Counted from the stretch's first letter, positions 1 through 11,999 are shown. The stretch: DNA of 64,000 nucleotides from Deltaproteobacteria bacterium (GCA_031269825.1 JAISYP010000100.1:240-64239), one strand, 5' to 3'. Notes: generated by a model not told the origin, from the letters alone. A program made the numbers and translations.

Positions 1-18
1 AAACCCTTAATAAATTAT

Positions 19-293
19 TTATAATTTGAAAATTAATCAATTTTTAAAAATCCAATTATTTTATAGAGAACTAAATGGTTCTTTATACGGCTGAAGAATT
101 TTAGAAGAACGTCTTGCCGGCAGTTACAAAAGGATGGTATGTGTCGGAAGCGGCCCGTGAGACGGCCAAAGAGCTGATAAAACTTCAGCCGCCTCTTAAC
201 GCTATAGCCGAGCCGACCAAGTTGAGTCTTAAAGTAGTTGAGTCCATCAAAGCCGAAATTGTGGACACAATAACCGAGGAGCCACCGAAATGA
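19..293 (+). repeat. Copy A of a duplicated module (about 513-bp offset): AT-rich leader plus a short GC-richer ORF (ATG 75, in-frame TAG 102-104, TGA 291-293)
   Basis: The leader and ORF start align with 532-892 (ttataga gaa.taaATGGTT.TTTAT.CGG.TGAAGAATTT). The ORF reads MVLYTAEEF*KNVLPAVTKGWYVSEAARETAKELIKLQPPLNAIAEPTKLSLKVVESIKAEIVDTITEEPPK. Confidence 0.5.
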
Positions 294-531
294 ATGGATA
301 GGATCGACACAGGCGGTTTCATCCCATCTCTGGGCAGACTCTAAGTCAAGACACCGACAATAGAAAGTTCTTCCATTTGATGTTGAACCCTATGAAATAA
401 CCACCCAAAAGAACCAATTTTTTTGTATAACAGGTGGTTTTAATTTAAAAAGTGGATGTTTTAATATATTTTTATGGGTTATAGTTTTTATGACGTTATT
501 GTAATATCTAAAAAAGCCTTAACAATTTATC

Positions 532-892
532 AATAATTTGGAAAATTAATTAATTTTTTAGATTCAAATCAATTTATAGAGAATGAAATGGTTATTTATT
601 CGGGTGAAGAATTTCGGACAAAGTCGCGCTGGAAGTTATAATAAGACAGCGTGTGTCGATAGCCGTCAAGGAAGTTTATAAGAAGATCGGAGAAAAGATC
701 TGTGAGCTAACCAGTGGGACGGCTCGTCAAGTCAGTGAGGAGACCATTGAGGCGGAACGTAAAATCAAATAGGCGATCCAAGAGGTGGGCCATGCGCTCA
801 ATGAAGAAACCCGTGAAATAACCAAAATTCCGCTAGAATTTCCTCAGTGCGTCAGAGATATAATCAAGGAGATTGAGTTGAGTTATAAATAA
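532..892 (+). repeat. Copy B of the duplicated module: AT-rich leader plus a short ORF (open frame from 608, in-frame TAG 770-772, TAA 890-892)
   Basis: It is paralogous to 19-293 with a 1-nt indel near 650. The frame reads ...VSIAVKEVYKKIGEKICELTSGTARQVSEETIEAERKIK*AIQEVGHALNEETREITKIPLEFPQCVRDIIKEIELSYK. It shares the V.L..V....VS.A pattern with copy A. Confidence 0.5.
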
Positions 893-1372
893 ATTCTAGC
901 TTTTAAGGACTAAATTATGAACTCTAATCCCAATGACCAACCGCTAATTGGTTAAACTCGCTCACTAGGATCCTATCGACTTTATATGTGATAAAAAATT
1001 CAATCCCTGGTTTCCAATAAACCCGGTAATAGATATTCCTTGATATTTCAGGAATTATTCCGTTTAAATATAAATGTTTCTACCTTCAAACGATGATCTT
1101 ATAGATCCCATTTATCATTTGATATATAGCTAATAAGCTAAATTTATAATAAAACAAAATAGAAAACTCATCCTTTGACTCCTAAAAAGTGACTTCTCAA
1201 TCTCAATAAAAAACTAACGCGCCGCTCCCTCAAAGGAACCTGAACCGCCTGTCAGCCAAAAAACGTCCCTCGCCAATTACTGGGCGACCAAATGATCAAA
1301 ACTTTATCCCTTTAAGCTCGCTACCTCGCTACCGCCTCTAGAGAGAAAATAATTCCACCTACCACTTAGTAT

Positions 1373-1483
1373 TGATGGCTTGGCGAAAACCCTAGTTTAA
1401 TGGGAATCTTCAAGCAAAAGAGTATTAATTTCAATAAGTTATAAATCAGGATTCTTGATTTTGGCCTTTTCGCGAGACCATCA
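1373..1483. mobile_element. MITE-like 111-bp element with about 22-bp terminal inverted repeats and an AT-rich core
   Basis: The left end is TGATGGCTTGGCGAAAACCCTAG (1373-1395). The right end at 1463-1483 is GGCCTTTTCGCGAGACCATCA, whose reverse complement is TGATGGTCTCGCGAAAAGGCC. GTAT flanks both ends (1369-1372 and 1484-1487) and may be a target-site duplication. A second element of the same size lies at 42257-42366. Confidence 0.5.
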
Positions 1484-1711
1484 GTATTCGAACGAATTCC
1501 CAAATATCGTCTAACGGCTAGTCACATCAAAATTCGACGCGTCTATCCAATAACGAAGTCAAATTAAGATAATAAATTATTACCTCAATCATAAAATTGT
1601 CGCGAATAAAAAGGAAAAAATGAAATTAAGTTTGTTAAAACGTCTAATAATCAAGAAAATCTAATCAATTTAACTATCATATACATGTTAATATTTATAT
1701 TAATATCTATG

Positions 1712-2842
1712 TTAATGTCCATGTTTATGTTTATGTTTATTTCCCTGATTACGCCCAAAACCAGGTCTAGGTGGACGGCGACGGGATTTCTGAGAGTTAA
1801 ACATGAGTACCCCGGAAAAAGCCTGATGAGACTCAACCGTTAGACCTGGGCCAACCCAGGCGTCATGGAGGCAAGCGTAAGGCCCGACGCTGGCCCCGGC
1901 TTCGATTTTAGTCGTCCCAGTCAAAACCACCCCCGGCCCCAAGGTTACGTCCTGGCCCAAACGAACAGTGGCCTCAATATGGGTCGTGACGGGATCGGCC
2001 ATGGTCACCCCGGCCTTGAGCCAAGCCGCGTTTATCCTAGCCCGCAAGATGGACTGAGCCTTGGCCAAATCCAGACGATCATTGACGCCCTGGGTCTCGT
2101 CAGGATCCGGGCTCATAACGGCCGCGGCCTTATAACCCTTAGCCCTAAATCCAGCCACCACGTCAGTTAGATAATATTCGCCTTGGGCGTTATCGGGCTT
2201 AAGATCCGCCAAAGCCCCGAACAGTTTGACCGCGTCCACGACATAGATACCACTATTGATTTCTTTGATCGAAAGTTCCTCTTCCGTCGCGTCTCTGGCC
2301 TCGACAATCCGCTCCAACCAGCCCGCCTCGTCCCGGATCACTCGGCCATAAGAAGCCGAATCCGCGGGACAAACAGTCAGACAAGAAAGATCCGCCGCCA
2401 AAGTCTCATGGGCGGCCACTAAATCCAAAAGCGTCTGAGGGGAAATCATGGGCACGTCCCCTGGCAAAATAACGACCAGACCTGAAAAACTGGCCAAGGC
2501 CGTCGCCGCCGCGGCCACGGCGTCCCCTGTGCCTCGCTGTTGAGCTTGCCGGGCGAAAAAAAGGTTGGGAGCCGGTTTGACCGAATTTTCCACCATCTCC
2601 GCCCCGACCCCAGTGACCACCACCAAACGCTGGGGCCGCAAAAAACTGGCCGCGTGGAGGACATGATCCAACAAAGACCGCCCCATCAGCTTATGAAGAA
2701 CCTTGGGCCGAGCCGACTTCATGCGCTTGCCATGACCCGCGGCCAAAACAATGACCGCCACCGCCGCTTCAGCGCTGGGATTGGATTTGGTGTTTTCGTT
2801 CCCCCGCCCAGACAAATCTAGCTCCTTGATAAAATTCCCCAT
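1712..2842 (-). CDS. glmU: GlmU-like N-acetylglucosamine-1-phosphate uridyltransferase that lacks most of the C-terminal left-handed beta-helix acetyltransferase domain (possible pseudogene)
   Basis: The N-terminus has LAAGHGKRMKS..PKVLH and Q.QQRGTGDAV motifs and IL.GD.P, typical of GlmU. Only about 60 aa of hexapeptide-repeat region (VTLGPGVVLTGTTKIEAGASVGP) follow. The frame then degenerates into ...NSQKSRRRPPRPGFGRNQGNKHKHKHGH, encoded by an ATGTTT hexamer repeat. The start was chosen at ATG 2842; the track ORF begins at GTG 2902. Confidence 0.6.
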   Translation of the reverse strand: MGNFIKELDLSGRGNENTKSNPSAEAAVAVIVLAAGHGKRMKSARPKVLHKLMGRSLLDHVLHAASFLRPQRLVVVTGVGAEMVENSVKPAPNLFFARQAQQRGTGDAVAAAATALASFSGLVVILPGDVPMISPQTLLDLVAAHETLAADLSCLTVCPADSASYGRVIRDEAGWLERIVEARDATEEELSIKEINSGIYVVDAVKLFGALADLKPDNAQGEYYLTDVVAGFRAKGYKAAAVMSPDPDETQGVNDRLDLAKAQSILRARINAAWLKAGVTMADPVTTHIEATVRLGQDVTLGPGVVLTGTTKIEAGASVGPYACLHDAWVGPGLTVESHQAFSGVLMFNSQKSRRRPPRPGFGRNQGNKHKHKHGH

Positions 2843-3851
2843 AACTTGACCAAAAAACTTTAGCCCCAAGCGCGAAAAAAGGCCACCCTTCAGTTCAACC
2901 ACCTGGCCCGTTCAAGTTAAACCATTTTATCAAAAAAAACTAAAAAATGATATGGTCATTTGACGTGGGGCAAAATTTTAGTTTCTTTTAGCTAAAAAAT
3001 AAACTATCATACTTCAATAATATAATCATAATACTACTAATAATATTTATTTATATTTTAAATATAAAAACACCACTATAAAATCAAAAAAAGTTTATTA
3101 AAAAGACTTAAAGTAAAACAAAGAAGAAAAAATATTTGTCTAGTTCCCCAACATCTCTCAGGCCAGTTAGTAATAACTCCCTCGCGCCCTAACCCTAGGG
3201 CTGGTTAAAACGCGGCTGAACGCCCTAGACCGCGCCTAGCCCGAAGGCCACCAATTTTTCCCCCAAACTAAAGCCTAGCCTAGAAAAGGCCAAACTCATT
3301 TATCGAAAAAACTCACCAAATAACTCAAAAAATTATCGCGTAAATCAAACTCTAATCTTTCATTACCCGGGCGAGTCAAAGCCAAGCGCGATGAAATAAA
3401 TTGAATCCACCGACCAGTCATTCTGAAAAAAAATACCTTTGGATAGCCAAAAAAACTATTTTAGTGGCAGCTTCTGGACGATATGATTGATTTAATACCC
3501 CACGGATCTTAAAATCATTTAATAAAAACTAACCTATTGATCTTTAATGAACTGTTACGATAGATAATTTATTATTAAAATATAAACTATTATATTTTAC
3601 CTTCCTTTAAACTCTATTAATCGCTTTTCATTACTAATTTCATGATCAAACCGCCTGATTCTAAACTGACCTCTAGACCAACATACTAGCCCGACCTACT
3701 TGGCCGCTCCTAGGCCAACGCTCGGCTGGCTTTCCGGGATCTTGAGCGCGTCCCCAAAAAAATGGCTAAACCCAAAAAATCGTCCACATTACGGTCAACT
3801 CTGGGGCTTAGCCACTTCGCTTAAAGGGCCTTACTGAGCCAAGCCCTGGGG

Positions 3852-3876
3852 AAAATTTCGCCCGCCCATTGGGCGG
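3852..3876 (-). terminator. Possible intrinsic terminator downstream of the membrane-protein gene
   Basis: On the minus strand, the hairpin CCGCCC-AAT-GGGCGG is followed by GCGAAATTTTCCCC. Confidence 0.35.
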
Positions 3877-3891
3877 ACGGTCGCTCAGCCT

Positions 3892-4389
3892 TTAGGCTTT
3901 TTCGCGCCAAGGTTTGAAAACGGAAATTATGACCATAAAGGCCAGGGCGAGAATTTGAAAAACGCCCCCCAAAACGCTGTAAAAATAGTTAGATTGGTAT
4001 TCCGGGTTGGCCAGAGCGTCCAGGCCAAACTTTATGGTTATATCGGGTTGATTGTTGACCGTGGGTCCCAAGACAAACGTCCCGAAAAGAATACAAAAAA
4101 TGGTCAGTATCCATTTGATGGCCACCCATTTTCGCTTGAAGAATCCCCAAGGAGTCAAGCCGGAAATCAATAGCCCCGTCAAAAGACAGCCCATGGCTCC
4201 AGGAATAATGACAAAATCATCGATCAAGATGGCCGCCAGGTTGTAGCCCAAAAGCTCCTCGCCAGAAGCGGCCGGGCCTAAACAGATGATCAACAAATTT
4301 AAGCCCACGGCCCCACCGACCCACAAACCCGCCAACAGTAAATGGACGGTTTTTAGGACTTTTTGGCCGCGCGCGCCTAATTTTTTCAT
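3892..4389 (-). CDS. Small integral membrane protein of unknown function
   Basis: The ORF shows several hydrophobic segments (LLLAGLWVGGAVGLNLLII, IIPGAMGCLLTGLLISGL, ILTIFCILFGTFVLG, VLGGVFQILALAFMVIISVF). The start was chosen at ATG 4389 (MKKLGARGQK). Confidence 0.6.
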   Translation of the reverse strand: MKKLGARGQKVLKTVHLLLAGLWVGGAVGLNLLIICLGPAASGEELLGYNLAAILIDDFVIIPGAMGCLLTGLLISGLTPWGFFKRKWVAIKWILTIFCILFGTFVLGPTVNNQPDITIKFGLDALANPEYQSNYFYSVLGGVFQILALAFMVIISVFKPWREKA

Positions 4390-4633
4390 CGCGTCACACC
4401 TCCGATTGGAATTATAGTAATTTTTTGATCCTTTATCAAACAAGAAAAATGTTTAATTATTTTTTGTAAAATTTATGTTTTAAAGTTTTTTAGATTAATT
4501 AAAATTGTATATTTTATTTTTTTATCTATTTTAACCATTTTACTAGATTTTTATCGATTATTAAGTGATATATTAATACCCTGGCCTAATATATCCTCCA
4601 ACCACCAACCCTATAGCCGGCCAATCGAGTCTA

Positions 4634-4678
4634 CAAAAAAACCAGCCAACGCCGGATTTCTCCTTGGCGATTAGCTGG
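4634..4678 (-). terminator. Intrinsic terminator downstream of gyrB
   Basis: The minus strand reads CCAGCtaatCGCC[aaggagaaatcc]GGCGttgGCTGG followed by TTTTTTT. Confidence 0.55.
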
Positions 4679-4733
4679 TAAACGGGCTGGTCAACGGGCT
4701 AATAAAAACAGAGGCCTTAGTTTTAGATGGCTT

Positions 4734-7238
<2,505 letters not shown>

Positions 7239-7315
7239 TCACTAAAGAACCTAATGAGTCCCCAAAGGATCCCCCAATGATCTACTAATGATCCCAAAAA
7301 TTGACCCTAATGGGA

Positions 7316-8431
7316 TCAATAGGTGCTGGTCATCACGATGCCAAAATAGCCAGGATCCTCCGGACCGGTCACCAAAAAGGAGGATTTAGGATCCGTGAAG
7401 GAGATGTTGATCCATTCGCTGTTCAGACTGGACAAAGTCTCCACGTAATAGCTAAGGTTAAACCCGGTGGCCAAAGTCTCGCCATCGTACTCGACGCTTA
7501 AGGATTCCTCGGCTTGACCGACCGTGGAGTTAATCAAAGAAATATGGAGGTTGTCCTTGGAGAACTCGAACTTACCCACCCGAGCCCCCTCTTCGGAGAT
7601 TAAGGCCACCCGTTTTAAGGTCTCCAGGAAAGCGAGGCGGTTGATTTTCACGGATTTGTCGTAGTTTTGGGGCACCACCAACCGGTAATCGGGAAAACCG
7701 CCCTCCAATAGGTGTAGCTCCAACAGAGAGGTTGGGGTTTTGGCCATGACGCTGGTGAAACTGACCCCCACCTCCAGGTCGGGCACCGTCTCGGCCAGAC
7801 GCCGCAATTCCTGGACGCCCTTCTTGCTCATAATAACGCCCCGCTCCAACTCAAAGTCCACCAAAGAGTCCGAGACGGTCGAGATGTTTAAGCGTTTAGA
7901 GTCCGAGGAAACCAAGCGCAGGGACTTTTTGTCCTCAATTTCCTCTAAGACCATGTAAACGCCCGACAGGTTGTAGCGCTCATCCCGGGTCGAGACCGAG
8001 TAGATGACCTTGTCAATGGCGTTAATCAGATCCTTGGAGGCGAGCCGGCGGCAAACAAATTCCTCTTCCTTCAATAACTGAGGGAAAGACTCGGCCGATA
8101 AACCAAAAAAGACGGTTTTAAACTGGCCAGCCACAAACTCCAAAGTCAGCTGATCGCCTTCCTTAAGATTGATCGACTCGGTGTTAATGGAACGAACCAG
8201 GGAGTGGAAGGCCTTGGCCGGGACAGTCAGCTTGCCTGGCGAGTAAACCGTGGCCGGACAAGTTTCCTGGATGGTGGTGTCCAGGTCGGAAGCCGTGATG
8301 ATCAGGCTATCATCCTTGGCCTCTAGCAGGAAATGCGAAAGAATCGGCAGGGTGCTCTTCTTTTCGCTGACCGACACCGTTAAATTTACGCCCTTGAGCA
8401 AATCGTCGGTTTTGACGTTGACCTGGAGCAT
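7316..8431 (-). CDS. dnaN: DNA polymerase III beta sliding clamp
   Basis: The ORF has about 370 aa from ATG 8431 (MLQVNVKTDDLL...). It has the layout of a three-domain clamp and sits immediately upstream of gyrB. Confidence 0.9.
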   Translation of the reverse strand: MLQVNVKTDDLLKGVNLTVSVSEKKSTLPILSHFLLEAKDDSLIITASDLDTTIQETCPATVYSPGKLTVPAKAFHSLVRSINTESINLKEGDQLTLEFVAGQFKTVFFGLSAESFPQLLKEEEFVCRRLASKDLINAIDKVIYSVSTRDERYNLSGVYMVLEEIEDKKSLRLVSSDSKRLNISTVSDSLVDFELERGVIMSKKGVQELRRLAETVPDLEVGVSFTSVMAKTPTSLLELHLLEGGFPDYRLVVPQNYDKSVKINRLAFLETLKRVALISEEGARVGKFEFSKDNLHISLINSTVGQAEESLSVEYDGETLATGFNLSYYVETLSSLNSEWINISFTDPKSSFLVTGPEDPGYFGIVMTSTY

Positions 8432-8815
8432 GATGGGGATCCCGCCTTTTTGAGCGTACCCCGGATTCCATGTTCCATCGCGGGGCGTCAATAAATGAAA
8501 TTAGCCCGCCACATTATGGGAGGGCTTTACTCAGTAAACTAAAAGATAATAACATATCATAAAGTTTAAGACAATAGTTCTCGCCCCCAAAAACTTAATG
8601 GCGCGCCCAATATGTTCTCTATATTTAGGCCCGCGTGAATTAAAAAATAGGGTTATTTATGGGTAATTTATAGACCACGTTATCAATAGTAAAATAATTA
8701 TTTACTACTAAAAAATAAAAAAACTATTACCGCCATCTTCGCGTAATTCCCCTCAAAAACAGCTAATTTAGCCTTTTTGCCAGGCTGTCCACCTGAGCCC
8801 CGGCCGCCTATCCCG

Positions 8816-8846
8816 AAAAAAAGCCCTCCGCCACCCAGGCGAGAGC
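8816..8846 (-). terminator. Possible intrinsic terminator after the acyl-AMP ligase gene
   Basis: On the minus strand an imperfect hairpin CTCGCC-tgggt-GGCG(G)AG is followed by GGC and TTTTTTT. Confidence 0.35.
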
Positions 8847-8899
8847 TATGACGATGACCATAAACGATGACCAGAAAGCCCAGCTCCCCGAACTTCCGT

Positions 8900-10555
8900 T
8901 TAAACCGCCTCCAACCTTTTCGCCGCCCAGACCGCCAGTTTTTCTCGCCCAATCTTGGCGTTATGGCGAATATCCATCGGGAAACTATCGCGCCTTAAAA
9001 AAATCTCAATCGCCCGGGTGCGGGGATTGGCCTGACCCAGTTTTTTTAGTTCCTCGACCAACTCCGCCCACTGGCCTCTATTTAAGCCCGCGTTTGGCTC
9101 AATGATAATAACCGGCTTTTGATGGCCACCACGCCCCACGCCCACCAAGGCCGACCGACGGGTCCGGGGATGGTTGTTAAAAATCGCTTCGCAACAAACC
9201 GAAAAAAGAGTGCCCCGCTCGGTGACCACCCTTTGACTCTTTCGGCCACAAAACCACAATCGGCCTTGGGCGTCTTGCCAGCCTAAATCCCCCATCCGAC
9301 GCCAAACCGTCCCATCCGGGCCTTTCACCAAAGTTAGGGCCGTCTCTTTGGGTTTTTCAAAATAGCTTTGGCAGATCACTGGGCCCGTGGCCGTGATCTC
9401 GCCGATCTCCCCCACGGGGAGAATCTGGCTTTCTTTAAAACTTTCCATGGGTTGGTCGGAGATGGGGAGAATGGCCAACCGGATCCCCGGCAAAGCCCGG
9501 CCCACGCACATGCCAAAACCCTGCTCGGTCATGCCGCGGGCCTCGGCGATCTCGGCGTTATCCACGGTGGTTAGCGGCATCCCCTCGGTGGCTCCGTAAG
9601 GGGTCACCAAAGCCGCCCCTGGCTCCAAGAGCGCGCCAATTCGCGCGGCTAAGGTGGGACGAACTGGAGCCCCAGCGGTGATGATCAGGCGCACGCCCTT
9701 TAAAACCAATTTTTCCGACTCGCCGTATTCGGCTAAACGGGCCAAAAGAGCCGGCGAGCCAAAAAGACTGTCGCATTTTTCGCTGACTAAACTGTGGATC
9801 AGTTTTTTGGGATCCGCTTGCCCGGGTTTGATGGGATTCATGTTGGGAATAACCGAGGTCAACCCCAAGGCCGGGGCGAACAAGGCGAACAAGGGAAACG
9901 TGGCCATATCCACCCCGCCAAACTTAAACCCAAAATTAGCGGCGATACTTTCCACCTGAGCCCGAAACATGGCGTGGGTGTAAACCGCTCCCTTGGCCGG
10001 TCCCGTGGCCCCAGAAGTAAAAAGGATCGCCGCCGTCTCCTCGGCCGAGGTCTTTCGCTCAGGGAGTAACGGATAGCCGGTTAAAAGCTTTTTGAAATTC
10101 TTCAGGCCAAACAAACTGGGGAACCGACCCAAAACCACCCGTTTTTTGACGGTGACAAAATACTTTGGCCACAAGACGCAAGCTAAATGAGCCCGAGGCA
10201 CGCCAATGATCCCACGGGGTTTGCCCTCGGACAAACAAAGGAGCATGCGTTTTAAGCCCATGCCCGGGTCAACCATGACGGGGGCCAAACGAGCTTTAAA
10301 CAGCGCGAAAACGGTGATAAAAAAATCCAGGCCCATGGGCACCATCACCACGACCCGATCCCCAGGCTCAAAGCCATTGGCCAATAGCCCACCCGCTAAC
10401 CTAGACGAATCCTCGGCCAGCTGGGCGTAACTAAGGACTGTCCGGCCTAGGCAATCGGGCGCGTGACGGGCTATCACGGCCAAGCGGTCAGGGTCATCCT
10501 GGGCCGCCGTGGTCAGGGTTTGAGCGATATTGAAGAAATCGTTGTCGGCCATCAT
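8900..10555 (-). CDS. AMP-dependent synthetase/ligase, OleC-like (beta-lactone synthetase family candidate)
   Basis: The ORF has about 551 aa from ATG 10555. It carries the adenylation motif ILFTSGATGPAKG, then TPYGATEG, and a C-terminal FPMDIRHNAKIGREKLAVWA. Its start overlaps the stop of the upstream hydrolase gene (ATGA). Confidence 0.8.
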   Translation of the reverse strand: MMADNDFFNIAQTLTTAAQDDPDRLAVIARHAPDCLGRTVLSYAQLAEDSSRLAGGLLANGFEPGDRVVVMVPMGLDFFITVFALFKARLAPVMVDPGMGLKRMLLCLSEGKPRGIIGVPRAHLACVLWPKYFVTVKKRVVLGRFPSLFGLKNFKKLLTGYPLLPERKTSAEETAAILFTSGATGPAKGAVYTHAMFRAQVESIAANFGFKFGGVDMATFPLFALFAPALGLTSVIPNMNPIKPGQADPKKLIHSLVSEKCDSLFGSPALLARLAEYGESEKLVLKGVRLIITAGAPVRPTLAARIGALLEPGAALVTPYGATEGMPLTTVDNAEIAEARGMTEQGFGMCVGRALPGIRLAILPISDQPMESFKESQILPVGEIGEITATGPVICQSYFEKPKETALTLVKGPDGTVWRRMGDLGWQDAQGRLWFCGRKSQRVVTERGTLFSVCCEAIFNNHPRTRRSALVGVGRGGHQKPVIIIEPNAGLNRGQWAELVEELKKLGQANPRTRAIEIFLRRDSFPMDIRHNAKIGREKLAVWAAKRLEAV

Positions 10556-11502
10556 GGAACCTCCGGCCCGCCCAATGGCTGGGCCTGGCCTAAAAACTGT
10601 TGAAGGGCCGAGGCGATTTTTTCCGGCTCGTCCTCCAGAAGAAGATGGCCAGCCCGAGGCAAGGCCAAGACCTGAGCCGAGGGCCGACGGGCCTGAAAAT
10701 CGGCCAAGAAGGCTGGGGTAAAAACAAAATCCTGTAGGCCCCAAACCAAGAAAACCGGAACGTGGGTTAAGGAATCAAAAGCCTTATCCACATTCTCTAA
10801 GGCGCTCCAACTGGGATGATCCGGGGTCAAAGGAATATCATCCACAAACCGGCCAATGGCGTGACGTAAAACGGGGAGACGATAAGGGGCCAGCCAGCCT
10901 TCGATAGCGGCCGCGGACATGGGCCGAACCGAGCCATAGCGGATTAGGCCCCACAAAAAAAGGTTAAAACGGTTGGCCAGCGCTTGACCCAAAAAACCGG
11001 TTCGCCGAAAAATCTTTAGTTTAAAGGGCAGCTCATAAGACGGCGGCCGCCTTAAACCGGTGTTCATGAGCGTTATCGAGGCCACCCGGCGCGGATTAAG
11101 ACCCGCCCAGCCCAAACCAATGGGGCCGCCCCAATCGTGGGCCACCAGATGGATCGGCTCGGTCAACCCCAGACTATCCACCCAGGCCCCAAGATCCTTA
11201 ACCCGATCTGTCAACCTAAACCCATACGCCCCCGGTCGAGGCCGCGAGGACAACCCCAGGCCCAAATGATCGGGGGCCAGGCACCGATAATGGGGGGACA
11301 AGACCTTAATTAAGGATCGATACATGAACGACCAACTGGGATTGCCGTGGATCAAAAGAACCGGCGCCCCATGGCCCTCGTCAAGGTAATGGATATACCC
11401 GCCCCCGGGTCGCTCAAAATAATTAGGCCGAAAAGGATACTCTTTTAGCCACGACCCCTTAAGAACGCGCGGCGCGCGCGTCCAGTGAGTTATCTTGGCC
11501 AC
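10552..11502 (-). CDS. Alpha/beta hydrolase, haloalkane-dehalogenase-like (OleB-like candidate)
   Basis: Motifs are HGNPSWSFMYR, the nucleophile-elbow region VAHDWGG and a C-terminal AGHLLLEDEP. The start is GTG at 11502. The gene is translationally coupled to the ligase. Confidence 0.8.
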   Translation of the reverse strand: MAKITHWTRAPRVLKGSWLKEYPFRPNYFERPGGGYIHYLDEGHGAPVLLIHGNPSWSFMYRSLIKVLSPHYRCLAPDHLGLGLSSRPRPGAYGFRLTDRVKDLGAWVDSLGLTEPIHLVAHDWGGPIGLGWAGLNPRRVASITLMNTGLRRPPSYELPFKLKIFRRTGFLGQALANRFNLFLWGLIRYGSVRPMSAAAIEGWLAPYRLPVLRHAIGRFVDDIPLTPDHPSWSALENVDKAFDSLTHVPVFLVWGLQDFVFTPAFLADFQARRPSAQVLALPRAGHLLLEDEPEKIASALQQFLGQAQPLGGPEVP

Positions 11503-11857
11503 TGTCCTAACGCCCCAACCAGCTGGCCCCCTGGGCCAGCTGGCTCTGGGCTAACTGGGCCAAGACCGTCCACCGCCAATTTACGCCATCACGAGCCACC
11601 AAAAACCAACCTCCGTTGTTGGGCCAGAGTTTTCCCCATTAACCCGCCCGCCCTTAGCCGCCAAACCAGAGCCAGAAAACGAGCCTACCAGTAGACCTAT
11701 TGTCCATTGGCTAACCATTTTACTCCCCAGGGGCCATTTTCGCTAGATCCAGAAGGAAAAAAATCCCGCGTCCCCCGGGCGTCCAGAAAAAAAAGACTAA
11801 TTTCTATATTAATTTATAATTTTAATATAAATAATATTATCAATTAAAAATATAAAT

Positions 11858-11890
11858 CTTATAGATCGCTTATAGATCGCTTATAGATTG
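11858..11890. repeat. 11-bp tandem repeat, 3 copies (CTTATAGATCG, third copy CTTATAGATTG)
   Basis: This was read directly from the sequence. It lies in the AT-rich core upstream of the hydrolase/ligase operon, and two copies contain GATC. Confidence 0.8.
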
Positions 11891-11999
11891 ATTGAGGAAT
11901 GACAAATCTTTAACCAGACAAAAAACGTCAAAAAAAAGATTACTCCCGGCCCAACCTTAAACGCCAGACTCTTTAAAAACGGTCAACTACCAGCGCTCA

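Noticed and set aside
102-772. In-frame TAG codons (102-104 and 770-772) as pyrrolysine or programmed readthrough sites
   Set aside because: No pyl genes or PYLIS-like context are visible, the two TAGs are at non-homologous positions, and copy B also has an indel. Decay or separate mini-ORFs is more parsimonious.
8492-8899. AT-rich spacer upstream of dnaN as oriC
   Set aside because: dnaA is not adjacent, and I could find no cluster of TTATCCACA-like boxes, only a weak CTGTCCACC.
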